64,000 nucleotides of DNA from an uncultured Chromatiales bacterium (lineage in GTDB: Bacteria > Pseudomonadota > Gammaproteobacteria > Poriferisulfidales > Poriferisulfidaceae): positions 59,727-123,726 of the forward strand of contig CAZRSJ010000001.1 of assembly GCA_964602805.1 (NCBI GenBank). Direction: 5' to 3'. Of this stretch, positions 9,288 through 18,434 are shown piece by piece. Under the pieces are notes generated by a model, which saw only the letters and a program-made list of their open reading frames with translations, had not been told where the DNA came from and did no database searches. The position numbers and the translations under genes were made by a program. Position 1 is the first letter of the stretch, and each line of letters starts with the position of its first letter.

Positions 9288-9791
9288 ATGAACCGTTTTC
9301 TTGCCCTGCTGCTCGGCAGCGCGCTTGCCCTAGGCACGATCAGTTGCAGCAACGAACCCGAATTGATGGAGCAGGCATCCGGGAAGCAAGCCCCCGACTT
9401 CGTGCTTCCAGATCTGGACGGTCAATCCTGGCAACTGAGCCAGGTTCGTGGCCAGACCCTGCTAATCAACTTCTGGGCCACCTGGTGTGAACCATGCCGG
9501 CGCGAGATGCCCGCGTTGAGCCAGCTCCATGAGGCCATGGCCGGCAAAGACTTCCAGGTCATCGGCATTCATGTCGGTCCCAGCAAAGAAATCGGCCGTT
9601 TCCTTGAAGAAACCCCCGTCAGTTTTCCGATCCTGATCGATGCGGATCTGGCTCTGGAGGACTGGAACGTTCCGATGTTGCCCGCAACTTTCCTGATTGA
9701 TGCAGAAGGATATGCCCGCTATTGGGCGTTTGGCGAACGAGAATGGGATTCGCCGGAAGCTGTGGAATTCTTCACCGCGGCTCTGGACTGA
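9288..9791 (+). CDS. TlpA/ResA-like periplasmic thiol-disulfide oxidoreductase lipoprotein
   Basis: Lipobox LGTISC. Thioredoxin motif WATWCEPCRRE. 1-nt spacing after the MauG-like gene stop. Confidence 0.85.
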   Translation: MNRFLALLLGSALALGTISCSNEPELMEQASGKQAPDFVLPDLDGQSWQLSQVRGQTLLINFWATWCEPCRREMPALSQLHEAMAGKDFQVIGIHVGPSKEIGRFLEETPVSFPILIDADLALEDWNVPMLPATFLIDAEGYARYWAFGEREWDSPEAVEFFTAALD

Positions 9792-9823
9792 GCTGCAACA
9801 CTGCCTGCAAATCCACGCGACGG

Positions 9824-10651
9824 TCAGTCGCCCTCTTCTGCCAACAAGGCCTGCGTCAGCTCCAAAGCCTGCCGGTTCTGCCACACGTCGTGTACCCGGA
9901 AGATGCACGCCCCCGCGCAGAGCCCCCAGCCCGTCGTCACCACGGTCGCCGGCACCCTCTGACCCGGATCGGAAGCACCGGAAATTTCGCCCATGAACCG
10001 CTTGCGCGAAGTCCCGAGCAGCACCGGGTAACCCAATTCGACGATTTTGTTCAACTGCGCGATCAGCTGCAGGTTGTGTTCCGTCCGCTTCCCGAACCCG
10101 ATGCCCGGGTCGACGATGATCTTTCCGGATTCCACACCCGCCTGCTGCGCCACCTCGACTCGTTCCGCCAAAAACTCCCGCACTTCCTTGACGACATCGG
10201 AGTACTGGGGATCATCCTGCATCGTCTTGGGGGTCCCCTGCATGTGCATCAGGCAGTACGGCACATCCCGCTCGGCCACCAGCGAAAGTATTTCCGGATC
10301 GTCGCGTCCAGCAGAGACATCGTTGACCATCCCAGCCCCCGCATCAAGCGCTGCACCGGCGACTTCACTCAGCGTGGTATCCACGCTGACGAGCACTTCC
10401 CCAGGAACCGTCCTGCTCACCTGTTCCACGACGTCCAGAATGCGTCGCTTTTGTTCCGCTGCGTCCACTCGATCTGCACCCGGCCGGGTGGACTCGCCAC
10501 CGATATCGATCAGCGTCGCGCCCTCCTCCACCATCTCCAGTGCCCGCGCCAAAGCCCGGTCGGTGGAAGGATAGGCCCCGCCATCGGAGAAACTGTCCGG
10601 CGTCACGTTGAGAATCCCCATGATTCGGGGAATCTGAAAGAAGTCACTCAT
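9824..10651 (-). CDS. folP: Dihydropteroate synthase
   Basis: 275 aa. Pterin-binding blocks (GILNVTPDSFSDGG, IDIGGESTRPGA, GMVNDVSAG, DPGIGFGK). Confidence 0.9.
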   Translation of the reverse strand: MSDFFQIPRIMGILNVTPDSFSDGGAYPSTDRALARALEMVEEGATLIDIGGESTRPGADRVDAAEQKRRILDVVEQVSRTVPGEVLVSVDTTLSEVAGAALDAGAGMVNDVSAGRDDPEILSLVAERDVPYCLMHMQGTPKTMQDDPQYSDVVKEVREFLAERVEVAQQAGVESGKIIVDPGIGFGKRTEHNLQLIAQLNKIVELGYPVLLGTSRKRFMGEISGASDPGQRVPATVVTTGWGLCAGACIFRVHDVWQNRQALELTQALLAEEGD

Positions 10652-10714
10652 TAGTCGACATTACCGTTCGCATGCGTGTGGCGTAGTATCGCAAAACATC
10701 TCACTCGCAGGAAA

Positions 10715-11119
10715 TTAACTCTTAATCTCTATGCGCGACCGAAACCAGTCAGCCAGTTCACTTTCGCTAATCTCTCCCCCCGCAACCTCTTCCATAATCC
10801 TAATAGCATCGAAAGGATCGAATACGAGGCTCTGGTTATTGTCAACCAAAAACACGCGTGCCGTAACCCAGGCCGTACGCTTGTTGCCATCGACAAAACC
10901 ATGATTCCGGGCCAGGCCGAAAGCGTAAGCCGCAGCCAGTTCGGCGGCGTCCGGGTCGCCATAAGCGGAAAGATTTATCGGACGTGCTAACGCGGACTCG
11001 ATCACGCCAGAGTCGCGAATGCCGGATGCTCCACCATGCTCCGCAACTTGGCGATCATGGATCGCGAGAACGACAGGCAGGGCAACCCAACGCCATGGAC
11101 TAGAAATCTCCGCGCTCAC
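10715..11119 (-). CDS. doc: Doc (death-on-curing) family toxin, Fic fold
   Basis: 134 aa. Fic/Doc motif HGFVDGNKRTAW. 4-nt overlap with the upstream antitoxin gene. Confidence 0.85.
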   Translation of the reverse strand: MSAEISSPWRWVALPVVLAIHDRQVAEHGGASGIRDSGVIESALARPINLSAYGDPDAAELAAAYAFGLARNHGFVDGNKRTAWVTARVFLVDNNQSLVFDPFDAIRIMEEVAGGEISESELADWFRSRIEIKS

Positions 11120-11349
11120 TTGGCCAGAGCCCGCAATACCTCTCGGTCATCGTGCATTACTTTCTCCGCATGAGCCATCTGGCGTTCAAATTCAGGGTCG
11201 TACGGAGTCAACCGATAACTGCCATCCGGCGCCTCGGTCATGTATAGCATGTCGCCCTTCTCGACCCCAAGACGTGCCATCGCCTCTTTGGTCAAGATGA
11301 TGCCGGCGGAAGAACCCACCGTAGTTACTTTGAAAGACAGCATAATCAA
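11116..11349 (-). CDS. AbrB/MazE (SpoVT-AbrB) fold antitoxin partner of Doc (Phd-like)
   Basis: 77 aa. Swapped-hairpin N-terminal domain (KVTTVGSSAGIILTKEAMARLGVEKGDMLYM). Immediately upstream of doc. Confidence 0.75.
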   Translation of the reverse strand: MIMLSFKVTTVGSSAGIILTKEAMARLGVEKGDMLYMTEAPDGSYRLTPYDPEFERQMAHAEKVMHDDREVLRALAK

Positions 11350-11624
11350 ACCTCCGATCTTTATTATAACGGATATTATAATGTCTTGCGTGTAGCATCA
11401 GCAACGTTTACGACATCACGACCGCCTCATTTTGTGCTATTGTGAGCGAGTAGGCTGATTGTTTTCGCGGGGGCGGTTGCGTGTCCGAGTTTTATCCTCC
11501 CTAAATCGGTACCCTCCGTCCCCGCCTACTACACCACCCGAGAAAACACTACAGGCACCGCAGGCATATTGCGCCCGCAGTGCTCACGCGATATTGTTGA
11601 TCCCCTGCTTTTCCGATCGGGCGG

Positions 11625-11700
11625 TGGTGGGCCATCAGGGACTCGAACCCCGAACCTGCTGATTAAGAGTCAGTTGCTCTACCAATTGAGCTAATGGCCC
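11625..11700 (-). tRNA. tRNA-Lys (anticodon CUU)
   Basis: 76-nt cloverleaf read by hand: acceptor GGGCCAT/ATGGCCC, D-arm GCTC-AATTGGTA-GAGC, anticodon loop CTCTTAA, T-arm CGGGG-TTCGAGT-CCCTG, CCA encoded. Confidence 0.8.
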
Positions 11701-11709
11701 ATCCTGGGA

Positions 11710-11786
11710 TGGGGTGAGCGACGGGATTTGAACCCGCGACCTCAGGAGCCACAATCCTGTGCTCTACCGACTGAGCTACGCTCACC
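11710..11786 (-). tRNA. tRNA-His (anticodon GUG) with G-1
   Basis: 77 nt. G-1 pairs with C73. Acceptor GTGAGCG/CGCTCAC. Anticodon loop TTGTGGC. CCA encoded. Confidence 0.85.
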
Positions 11787-11796
11787 GCCGATCGAC

Positions 11797-11873
11797 TGGC
11801 GCGCCCGGCAGGACTCGAACCTGCGACCCTCGGTTTAGAAGACCGATGCTCTAATCCACTGAGCTACGGGCGC
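11797..11873 (-). tRNA. tRNA-Arg (anticodon UCU)
   Basis: 77 nt. Nearly identical framework to E. coli argU (GCGCCC..TAGCTCAGT.GGAT.AGAGCA...CTTCTAA...GCAGGTTCGA.TCCTGC.GGGCGCGCCA). Confidence 0.85.
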
Positions 11874-11910
11874 GATTCATCCTTGAGTCGAGACTCCGGA
11901 CACTGTCTGC

Positions 11911-11987
<77 letters not shown>

Positions 11988-12067
11988 CCGTGCGAAGTTT
12001 ATCAGATGGACGCCCCGGCACAGTCTTTCGTGCGGGGTCGGACCGCATGAAAACCGGCTGATCTGGT

Positions 12068-13426
12068 TTACGCCTTTCTCAAACGCCAGCCGTACATCAC
12101 CCGCCCGTAAAAGTTGAACCACTTCCTCGCTTCGGGGTCTTGGAACGGATAGTCCGCCCCGAGTTGTCTTGCCGTCACAAGGCCGGTCACGAAGCAGGTC
12201 TCCTGGCTGTTGATCAAGGTATGGGCGCCGCAGTGCCGCGTTCGTCTCTTGCCCTGAATGAAGCGGAACATGGGAACCAGAAGGATCACGTGGCGCACAT
12301 CGTGCACGATGTGCTGGAACCACCACTTCTTGATGACCTTGTCCTCGTCAATGTGGCTGATCGGATTGTAGGTCACCAGGCAGGGCTTGTCCGATTGCTT
12401 CGCCCAAGGCTGCTGGTTATGCATGATGTAGGTGATTTCGTAGTTGTCGGGCCTCGCCCCGTACTGTTCGATGTGGTTGCTCCGGGTGTCGAGTTCCTTG
12501 ACGTCGGTGTCCGGGAGAATCGAAGCATCCGAATGAATAATCGTATGGTTGTGCAGTTCGCTTTCATAGCGAATCGACGAGAGGAGCCATCTCTCAAGGA
12601 AGGTCGGCTTATCCAGCATCATCAGCGTCTGATTCGCGTTGCACGCGAAAATCACTTCGTCGAATGTCTCCGTTTGTCCGTTTTCATCCTCAACGACCAC
12701 ATCGGAGTCGCCTCGATACACTTTCCGAACCGGTCGGTCAAGATAGATCTTGTCCTGGAAATCAGCCGACAACTCTCGATAGATCCGCTGCGTGCCTTGG
12801 TCCCAGGTCTGCATCGGCGTCGCGCGTTCAATGTCGAAGAACTCCAGGTAGCGGGCGAACAGGGCCGCCGGCATGTCGAACACGTTCGTGGCCATCAGGA
12901 AGTTGACGAACATGGGCTTCAGGATCTTGTACCGGAAATCCCCGGACAACCCGCCCAGATTGAGAACCGTGCCCATACTGACGTAGTTGAACGGGTTGAG
13001 GGCGTTGAGCAGCTTGGATCTGGACCGATTGAGTTGGCCAAACCATTTGAGGCGTTTCAGGATCTTCTGGAACTTCTCGATTTCCGGTTGCAGTTGCCGC
13101 CTGATGTCGGAATCGAAATCGTGAGCGTAGACGCCGCCACGGTATTTCACGCTGTAGCTGAACTGGGTGTCCACCAGTTCGATCCCGTACTGCTTCAGGA
13201 TCAGGAGAATATGGTGGTATACCGTGGGAATGCACGCGGTGACGGAAATATCGAACGGAATCGAAGTCCCGTCTTCTTGCGGCATCTCAACCGTAACGGC
13301 ATTGCCGCCAAGCTGAGACTGTGCTTCGAACAATCGAAAATCGAATTGATTGGGGTGCCGATGAAGTGTCCAAGCTGCCCCCAATCCTGAAACTCCCCCG
13401 CCGATTATCGCAATTTTTTTTGGCAT
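12068..13426 (-). CDS. NAD(P)/FAD-dependent oxidoreductase (amine-oxidase-like Rossmann protein)
   Basis: 452 aa. N-terminal dinucleotide-binding motif KIAIIGGGVSGLGAAW...LFEA...LGGN. Divergent from the DUF2282 operon. Confidence 0.8.
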   Translation of the reverse strand: MPKKIAIIGGGVSGLGAAWTLHRHPNQFDFRLFEAQSQLGGNAVTVEMPQEDGTSIPFDISVTACIPTVYHHILLILKQYGIELVDTQFSYSVKYRGGVYAHDFDSDIRRQLQPEIEKFQKILKRLKWFGQLNRSRSKLLNALNPFNYVSMGTVLNLGGLSGDFRYKILKPMFVNFLMATNVFDMPAALFARYLEFFDIERATPMQTWDQGTQRIYRELSADFQDKIYLDRPVRKVYRGDSDVVVEDENGQTETFDEVIFACNANQTLMMLDKPTFLERWLLSSIRYESELHNHTIIHSDASILPDTDVKELDTRSNHIEQYGARPDNYEITYIMHNQQPWAKQSDKPCLVTYNPISHIDEDKVIKKWWFQHIVHDVRHVILLVPMFRFIQGKRRTRHCGAHTLINSQETCFVTGLVTARQLGADYPFQDPEARKWFNFYGRVMYGWRLRKA

Positions 13427-13681
13427 GGCTGCGTCCGCTTCACACGTGGCTTCTATCTGCCACTATCCGCGATTTCCTCCCGTGAAATTCGATGCCAGAC
13501 CCGGCATATGTTGCGGGAAATTATACGCAATGACCCCTAAACGACTGCAATCCGTGCCACCAAACCTCCGCTCACACCTGAAACTAGTGATGATTCTGGA
13601 CACGAGGGAACAAAAGGGTAACAATGCTGTCAATAGTCCAAGGGATTTATCCCCCCCTCTGTTAATCAACCTAAGGCAAAC

Positions 13682-13966
13682 ATGAAAAAATCACACTCTC
13701 TAGCATCCAGCCTGATTGTGCTGGCACTCGGCTCCGGCTTGGCTTCCACTTCCGCATTGGCGGTTCCCGATGCCCCCAAGAACTGGGAAAAATGCACGGG
13801 TATTTCCAAGGCCGGAATGAATGACTGTGGCGCGACGGATGGCGCTCACAGGTGTGCCGGCGCAGCTCCGGAAGATGGCATGGAAACCGAATGGATTTAT
13901 GTTCCGGAAGGCACCTGCGAGAAGATCGTGGGCGGGGCCATATACGCAGTCAAGCCTGCAAAATAA
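13682..13966 (+). CDS. bufA: DUF2282-family Sec-exported small Cys-rich protein (bufferin-type RiPP precursor, BufA-like)
   Basis: 94 aa. Signal peptide [27 protein letters not shown]. Core with four Cys in the family-typical contexts EKCTGI, NDCGA, HRCAG, GTCEKI. Confidence 0.85.
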   Translation: MKKSHSLASSLIVLALGSGLASTSALAVPDAPKNWEKCTGISKAGMNDCGATDGAHRCAGAAPEDGMETEWIYVPEGTCEKIVGGAIYAVKPAK

Positions 13967-13973
13967 CCCTTTG

Positions 13974-14810
13974 ATGCCTGCCGTAGACACGGCGACTCCA
14001 CTCACGGGAATGGGGGTCGGTTTACGCGGCCCCCACGTCCCGGACATCCTGCAGCAGAGCCCTGCGGTTCCTTGGTTCGAGCTTCTGACCGACAACCATT
14101 TGTGCGCAGGAGGTGCCCTCAGGTTTCAAGCCGAAGCCATTGCCGAACAATATCCGGTGGCCCTGCATGGCGTCAACCTTTCTCTCGGCGGTGTTGACCC
14201 GCTGGATCACGAATATCTTGGCCGGGTTCGGGCTCTCGCCAAAAACACCGGAGCCCGCCATGTCTCGGAACATCTTGCTTTCACGGCCTGCAACGGCGTC
14301 CACAGCCATGACCTCCTTCCATTGCCATGGACCGAAGAAGCCCTGCAACACGTAGCAGGTCGAATCTCCGAGGTTCAGGATTTTCTCGGCCAGAACATCC
14401 TGGTCGAGAACATTTCCACTTATCTGGAATACGAACATTCCACTCTGAGCGAAGGCGATTTCCTGCTGGAACTCTGTACGCGGACCGGTTGCAAACTTCT
14501 CCTGGACATCAACAACGTCTACGTCAACTCGGTCAACCACAACCACGATCCACACGACCTGTTGAACACCATGCCCTGGGCACATGTGCGCGAGGTTCAT
14601 CTGGCGGGCCACGAAGAACGCGATGGACTTTTGATCGATACGCACGGGGGATGCGTCTGTGATGAAGTCCTGAACCTTTTCCTGGACGTGGTCCCACGTA
14701 TCCCGGAGGTTCCGGTCCTGTTCGAGTGGGACACTTCGCTGCCTCCATGGCCCGTCGTCTGGCAGGAAACCCAGCGACTTGACAAGGCCTATCAGGCCGC
14801 GTGCGCATGA
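13974..14810 (+). CDS. bufB: DUF692 / UPF0276 TIM-barrel protein (multinuclear non-haem iron oxidative enzyme, MbnB/BufB-like)
   Basis: Start taken at ATG 13974, 8 nt after the bufA stop; the track ORF begins earlier, overlapping bufA. Conserved DUF692 blocks (GVGLR, HGVNLSLGG, VSEHLAF, LVENISTY, LLLDINNVYVN, REVHLAGH). Confidence 0.85.
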   Translation: MPAVDTATPLTGMGVGLRGPHVPDILQQSPAVPWFELLTDNHLCAGGALRFQAEAIAEQYPVALHGVNLSLGGVDPLDHEYLGRVRALAKNTGARHVSEHLAFTACNGVHSHDLLPLPWTEEALQHVAGRISEVQDFLGQNILVENISTYLEYEHSTLSEGDFLLELCTRTGCKLLLDINNVYVNSVNHNHDPHDLLNTMPWAHVREVHLAGHEERDGLLIDTHGGCVCDEVLNLFLDVVPRIPEVPVLFEWDTSLPPWPVVWQETQRLDKAYQAACA

Positions 14811-15613
14811 ATCTTGCGGAACTCCAGACCAAGATACTGGAAGCGGTAACCCGAACGGGAAGCGCAGACCCTGGGCTCGACTCCTTGATCCCTCCGGCCC
14901 GCGGCATTCGCCCGGAAATGCGACTGGATGCCTACCGGACCAACGTCAGAGGGGCGCATTTGGAAGCACTTGATGCCGCTTATCCGGTTACCCGGGAGGT
15001 CTTGGGGCCCCGGTATTGGCGACAACTTCTAGCACAAGAAATCCCGGCATTCGGTTCCCGTTCCCCGGATCTGCATGAATATGGCGATTTCCTGCCCGAA
15101 CTGCTCGGCCGGGTACAGGAAAGTCGCAAGGAATTAGCTGATCTCGATTATCTCGGTGAACTCGCGCAACTTGAATGGCAAGTCCATCTGGCACAATTCA
15201 AGGCACCGGATCCGGATTTTGACTGGGTCGCTTTTCAAGCCCTAGAATCGGATCACCAGATGCGGGTTCAGTTCACTCTGAGCCATGCATTGCACTTGAT
15301 GCGATTCTCTCAGCCCGTCGATGCACTTTGGCATTCCCATCAGGAAAATGGCCTGGATCTCCCACCCCAGTCTCCGGTGACCTGTTGCGTGCACAGGCAA
15401 AAATCGTTCGATGTGACTGTCACCCGGCTATCCGACAGCGATCAAAAGTTGCTGGAAGCGCTGGGCGAAGGTCAGTGTCTCGAAGCCTTGCCTGTCGGTG
15501 ATTCGCAAGCGGCAGTTGAGACGTTGTTCGACTGGATTCAGATCGGGTGGATAAGTGGCTTCTCGCGAGAGCCGGTCACACGAACATCAAAACCAATCCA
15601 GACTAGCACTTAG
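14801..15613 (+). CDS. bufC: DUF2063-family protein (partner of DUF692 enzymes, BufC-like)
   Basis: 270 aa. 10-nt overlap with the bufB end. N-terminal block LQTKILEAV...[19 protein letters not shown] typical of DUF2063. Confidence 0.8.
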   Translation: MRMNLAELQTKILEAVTRTGSADPGLDSLIPPARGIRPEMRLDAYRTNVRGAHLEALDAAYPVTREVLGPRYWRQLLAQEIPAFGSRSPDLHEYGDFLPELLGRVQESRKELADLDYLGELAQLEWQVHLAQFKAPDPDFDWVAFQALESDHQMRVQFTLSHALHLMRFSQPVDALWHSHQENGLDLPPQSPVTCCVHRQKSFDVTVTRLSDSDQKLLEALGEGQCLEALPVGDSQAAVETLFDWIQIGWISGFSREPVTRTSKPIQTST

Positions 15614-16796
15614 TCAAACGTATCCGCGCCACACGGCGGCGTCCGACCTGCAATACGACCGGGTTATCAAAAGACAATTCGCATTTGGGATCACTGATTT
15701 TCTCTCCATCCATCCGGACGGCACCTGCCTCCATCATCCGCCGCGCATCCGAAGTCGAGGGGCACAACCCTGCCTGTTGAAGGGCATTCGGCAGAGGCAG
15801 CGCCTCTTCCGCCGTCAACTCGATCTCTTCCATATCTTCTGGCAACTGGTGGTCGCGGAAGCGCGCCGTAAAATCTTCCTGCGCCCGTTCGGCCGCTGTC
15901 TCGTCGTGGAATCGGGCAACGAGCTCCCGCGCTAGTTCCAGCTTTGCATCGCGCGGGTTCGCACCACCCTCGACCTGTTGCCGCAAGTCTTCGAGTTCCG
16001 AATCCGGCCGCAAACTCAGCAGATCGAAATACCGCCACATCATCGGATCCGACAGCGACATCAACTTGCCGAACATCTGTTCGGGCTCTTCCTGAATCCC
16101 GATGGCATTGTCGTAGGTCTTGGACATTTTCCTTACCCCATCGGTCCCTTCCAGGAGCGGCAGGGTCATCACGATCTGCGGTGGTTGCCCGCGCCGTTTC
16201 TGCAATTCCCGCCCGACCAGCAGATTGAATGTCTGGTCCGTCCCGCCTAGCTCCACATCCGCCTCCAGCATGACTGAATCGTAGCCCTGGATCAGTGGGT
16301 ACAGGAACTCGTGGATCGAAATCGGTTGGTTCTCGTCGTAGCGCTTGGAGAAATCGTCCCGCTCCAACATGCGCGCCACCGTCTGCTCGGAAGCCAGACG
16401 AATCAGGTCGTCCGGTGTCATCTGGTCCATCCACTCCGAGTTGAAGCGCACCTCGGTCTTCTCGCTGTCCAGCACCCTGAACGCCTGCTCCAGATAGGTC
16501 TTCTGGTTATCCTGCAACTCCTTCGCGGTCAGGATCGGGCGAGTGGCATTGCGACCGGATGGATCCCCGATGCGCCCCGTGAAATCCCCGACCAGGAAAA
16601 TCACCTGATGCCCAAGATCCTGAAATTGCCGCATTTTATGCATCAGCACCGTGTGGCCCAGATGCAGGTCCGGCGTGGTGGGATCAAACCCGACCTTGAC
16701 CCGGAGCGATCGTCCACCTTCCAGACGTTCGGCCAAATCCTCCTTGTGGAAAACTTGTTCAGTTCCACGGAGAAGTGCGGTGAGTTCAGTGTTCAA
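15603..16796 (-). CDS. tyrS: Tyrosine--tRNA ligase, type 2 (TyrZ-like)
   Basis: HIGH motif (PDLHLGHTV), KMSKT motif, C-terminal S4 domain. Start set at TTG 16794-16796 ([11 protein letters not shown]...), which reproduces the N-terminal length of Pseudomonas type-2 TyrS. The track ORF extends 33 codons further to another TTG. Confidence 0.85.
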   Translation of the reverse strand: MNTELTALLRGTEQVFHKEDLAERLEGGRSLRVKVGFDPTTPDLHLGHTVLMHKMRQFQDLGHQVIFLVGDFTGRIGDPSGRNATRPILTAKELQDNQKTYLEQAFRVLDSEKTEVRFNSEWMDQMTPDDLIRLASEQTVARMLERDDFSKRYDENQPISIHEFLYPLIQGYDSVMLEADVELGGTDQTFNLLVGRELQKRRGQPPQIVMTLPLLEGTDGVRKMSKTYDNAIGIQEEPEQMFGKLMSLSDPMMWRYFDLLSLRPDSELEDLRQQVEGGANPRDAKLELARELVARFHDETAAERAQEDFTARFRDHQLPEDMEEIELTAEEALPLPNALQQAGLCPSTSDARRMMEAGAVRMDGEKISDPKCELSFDNPVVLQVGRRRVARIRLTKC

Positions 16797-16996
16797 AAGT
16801 GGAGAAAACAGGTGGATAATTTGTGGAATGGAACGGTTGACCGGGCCTGAATGCCGCCTCCAAAACCTTCCAGAACAAAGCTTCGCGTGCAGCAAACGAA
16901 CTTTACACCATTATAAATGTCCATCCCGACATGCCCATGCCTTCGCGCCAACACTTCCCGACCAGGCTCGAACACGAAATTCCGGATTTTGTAAGG

Positions 16997-17023
16997 TTGA
17001 CGAATTACAATTAATTCTATAGA
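16997..17023 (+). promoter_or_regulatory. Candidate sigma70 promoter for mepM (TTGACG-N15-TATAGA)
   Basis: Hexamers read by eye about 40 nt upstream of the mepM start. Spacer is short (15 nt). Confidence 0.25.
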
Positions 17024-17060
17024 GTTCCTGCTAACTTTCCTAATACTTGCCTGTTTCGGC

Positions 17061-18434
17061 ATGTTTTCACTATCATTTTTCTGGCCCAGTTTTTCGCCGA
17101 GGCCGAGTTGGCGGCATGCGTGGGCGATCTTGACCACCTTGGGCCTGCTGGCGGTCGTGCTATCTTTCGCCCCGAAGCCCAATGCAACCCACGCTTCCGT
17201 CACACTTGCGCCACAGCAACCACCGCCTCACGCGGTTGCTCAACCCGTCCCGCCTGCCGAACAAGCCACCCTCTCCTCCACTCCCCCCCAACAAGATACA
17301 AGAACTACGGATTCTCTCCCTGTCTCGCGTAAGTGGGACACGGAAATCACGGTCCGTTCCGGCGATACCCTGAGCACGATCTTCAAGCGATTGGACTTGA
17401 GTCGATCCATCCCCGCCCTGCTGCGGCTCGGCAATGCTGGCAAATCACTGCATCGGTTGCGGCCCGGCCAGACCCTGCATATCAACCAGGACGACCAAGG
17501 GCTGCGCCATCTGATGTACCGGACGGCCCTCAACAAAGAAACCCACTATTGGCGCATGCCAGGCGGCACTTACACCGTGGGCCAGATCAGCCTGCCGATG
17601 AAACTCAAGCGCCGAACGGTCAGCGGCATGATCGACCGCACCCTGTTCGAGGCTGGAAACGATGCAGGGCTCAGCCACGCCATGATCCTGAAACTTGCGT
17701 ACATTTTCGGCTGGGACATCGATTTCGCCCTGGAAATTCGAAAAGGCGACCGGTTCAAGCTAATCTGGGACGAGCACTGGATTGAAGGTCAACATGCTAA
17801 AGACGGCCCGATTCTTGCTGCTGAATTCGTCAACCAAGGCCGAACGTATCAGGCATTGCGCTACATCGGAAAGGACGGCCGCGCCGATTACTACACGCCG
17901 GACGGGGAATACCTGCGTAAGCAGTTTTTGCGTACTCCCGTGGACTTCACCCGCATCAGTTCCCATTTCAACCCGCGCCGATTGCATCCGATACTCAAAC
18001 GGGTCCGACCACACCGCGGCGTGGACTACGCCGCACCCACGGGTACTCCCGTTTATGCGGCCGGCGATGGAACAGTCGTACACCGCGGCTGGAAAGGCGG
18101 CTACGGCCGAGCAATCTTCATTCGGCACGGCACCCGCTACACCACCGTCTATGCGCACCTCTCAAGGTATGCCCGCGGTCTCCGGGTCGGCAGCAAGGTA
18201 ACCCAAGGACAGGTCATCGGCCGGGTCGGAAGTTCCGGCATGTCTACCGGCCCTCACCTGCATTATGAATTCCGAGTCGACGGCGTTCACCGCAACCCCG
18301 TCAAGGTCAAACTTCCTCCTCTCAGACCTCTGCTGTATGTTGAGCAGGCCGACTTCCGCCAGCAGACATGGCCCATGTTGGTTGCCCTGAGGATGCCTGG
18401 TGATCTCCAGACGGCCGACATCAATGCCCGATGA
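17061..18434 (+). CDS. mepM: M23-family murein endopeptidase with OapA/LysM-like N-terminal domain (MepM/YebA-like)
   Basis: C-terminal LytM motifs (HRGVDYAAPTGTPVYAAGDGTV, HLHYE). Pro/Gln-rich linker. N-terminal TM segment. Confidence 0.85.
   Translation: MFSLSFFWPSFSPRPSWRHAWAILTTLGLLAVVLSFAPKPNATHASVTLAPQQPPPHAVAQPVPPAEQATLSSTPPQQDTRTTDSLPVSRKWDTEITVRSGDTLSTIFKRLDLSRSIPALLRLGNAGKSLHRLRPGQTLHINQDDQGLRHLMYRTALNKETHYWRMPGGTYTVGQISLPMKLKRRTVSGMIDRTLFEAGNDAGLSHAMILKLAYIFGWDIDFALEIRKGDRFKLIWDEHWIEGQHAKDGPILAAEFVNQGRTYQALRYIGKDGRADYYTPDGEYLRKQFLRTPVDFTRISSHFNPRRLHPILKRVRPHRGVDYAAPTGTPVYAAGDGTVVHRGWKGGYGRAIFIRHGTRYTTVYAHLSRYARGLRVGSKVTQGQVIGRVGSSGMSTGPHLHYEFRVDGVHRNPVKVKLPPLRPLLYVEQADFRQQTWPMLVALRMPGDLQTADINAR

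Noticed and set aside
12140-13390. 416-aa plus-strand ORF covering the FAD-oxidoreductase locus
   Set aside because: Antisense shadow ORF of the well-supported minus-strand flavoprotein gene (the GxGxxG motif is in the minus frame).
15691-16434. 247-aa Arg/Gly/Ala-rich ORF on the minus strand inside tyrS
   Set aside because: Alternative frame of the tyrS coding region. The composition is typical of a spurious high-GC off-frame ORF. tyrS motifs are in the other frame.
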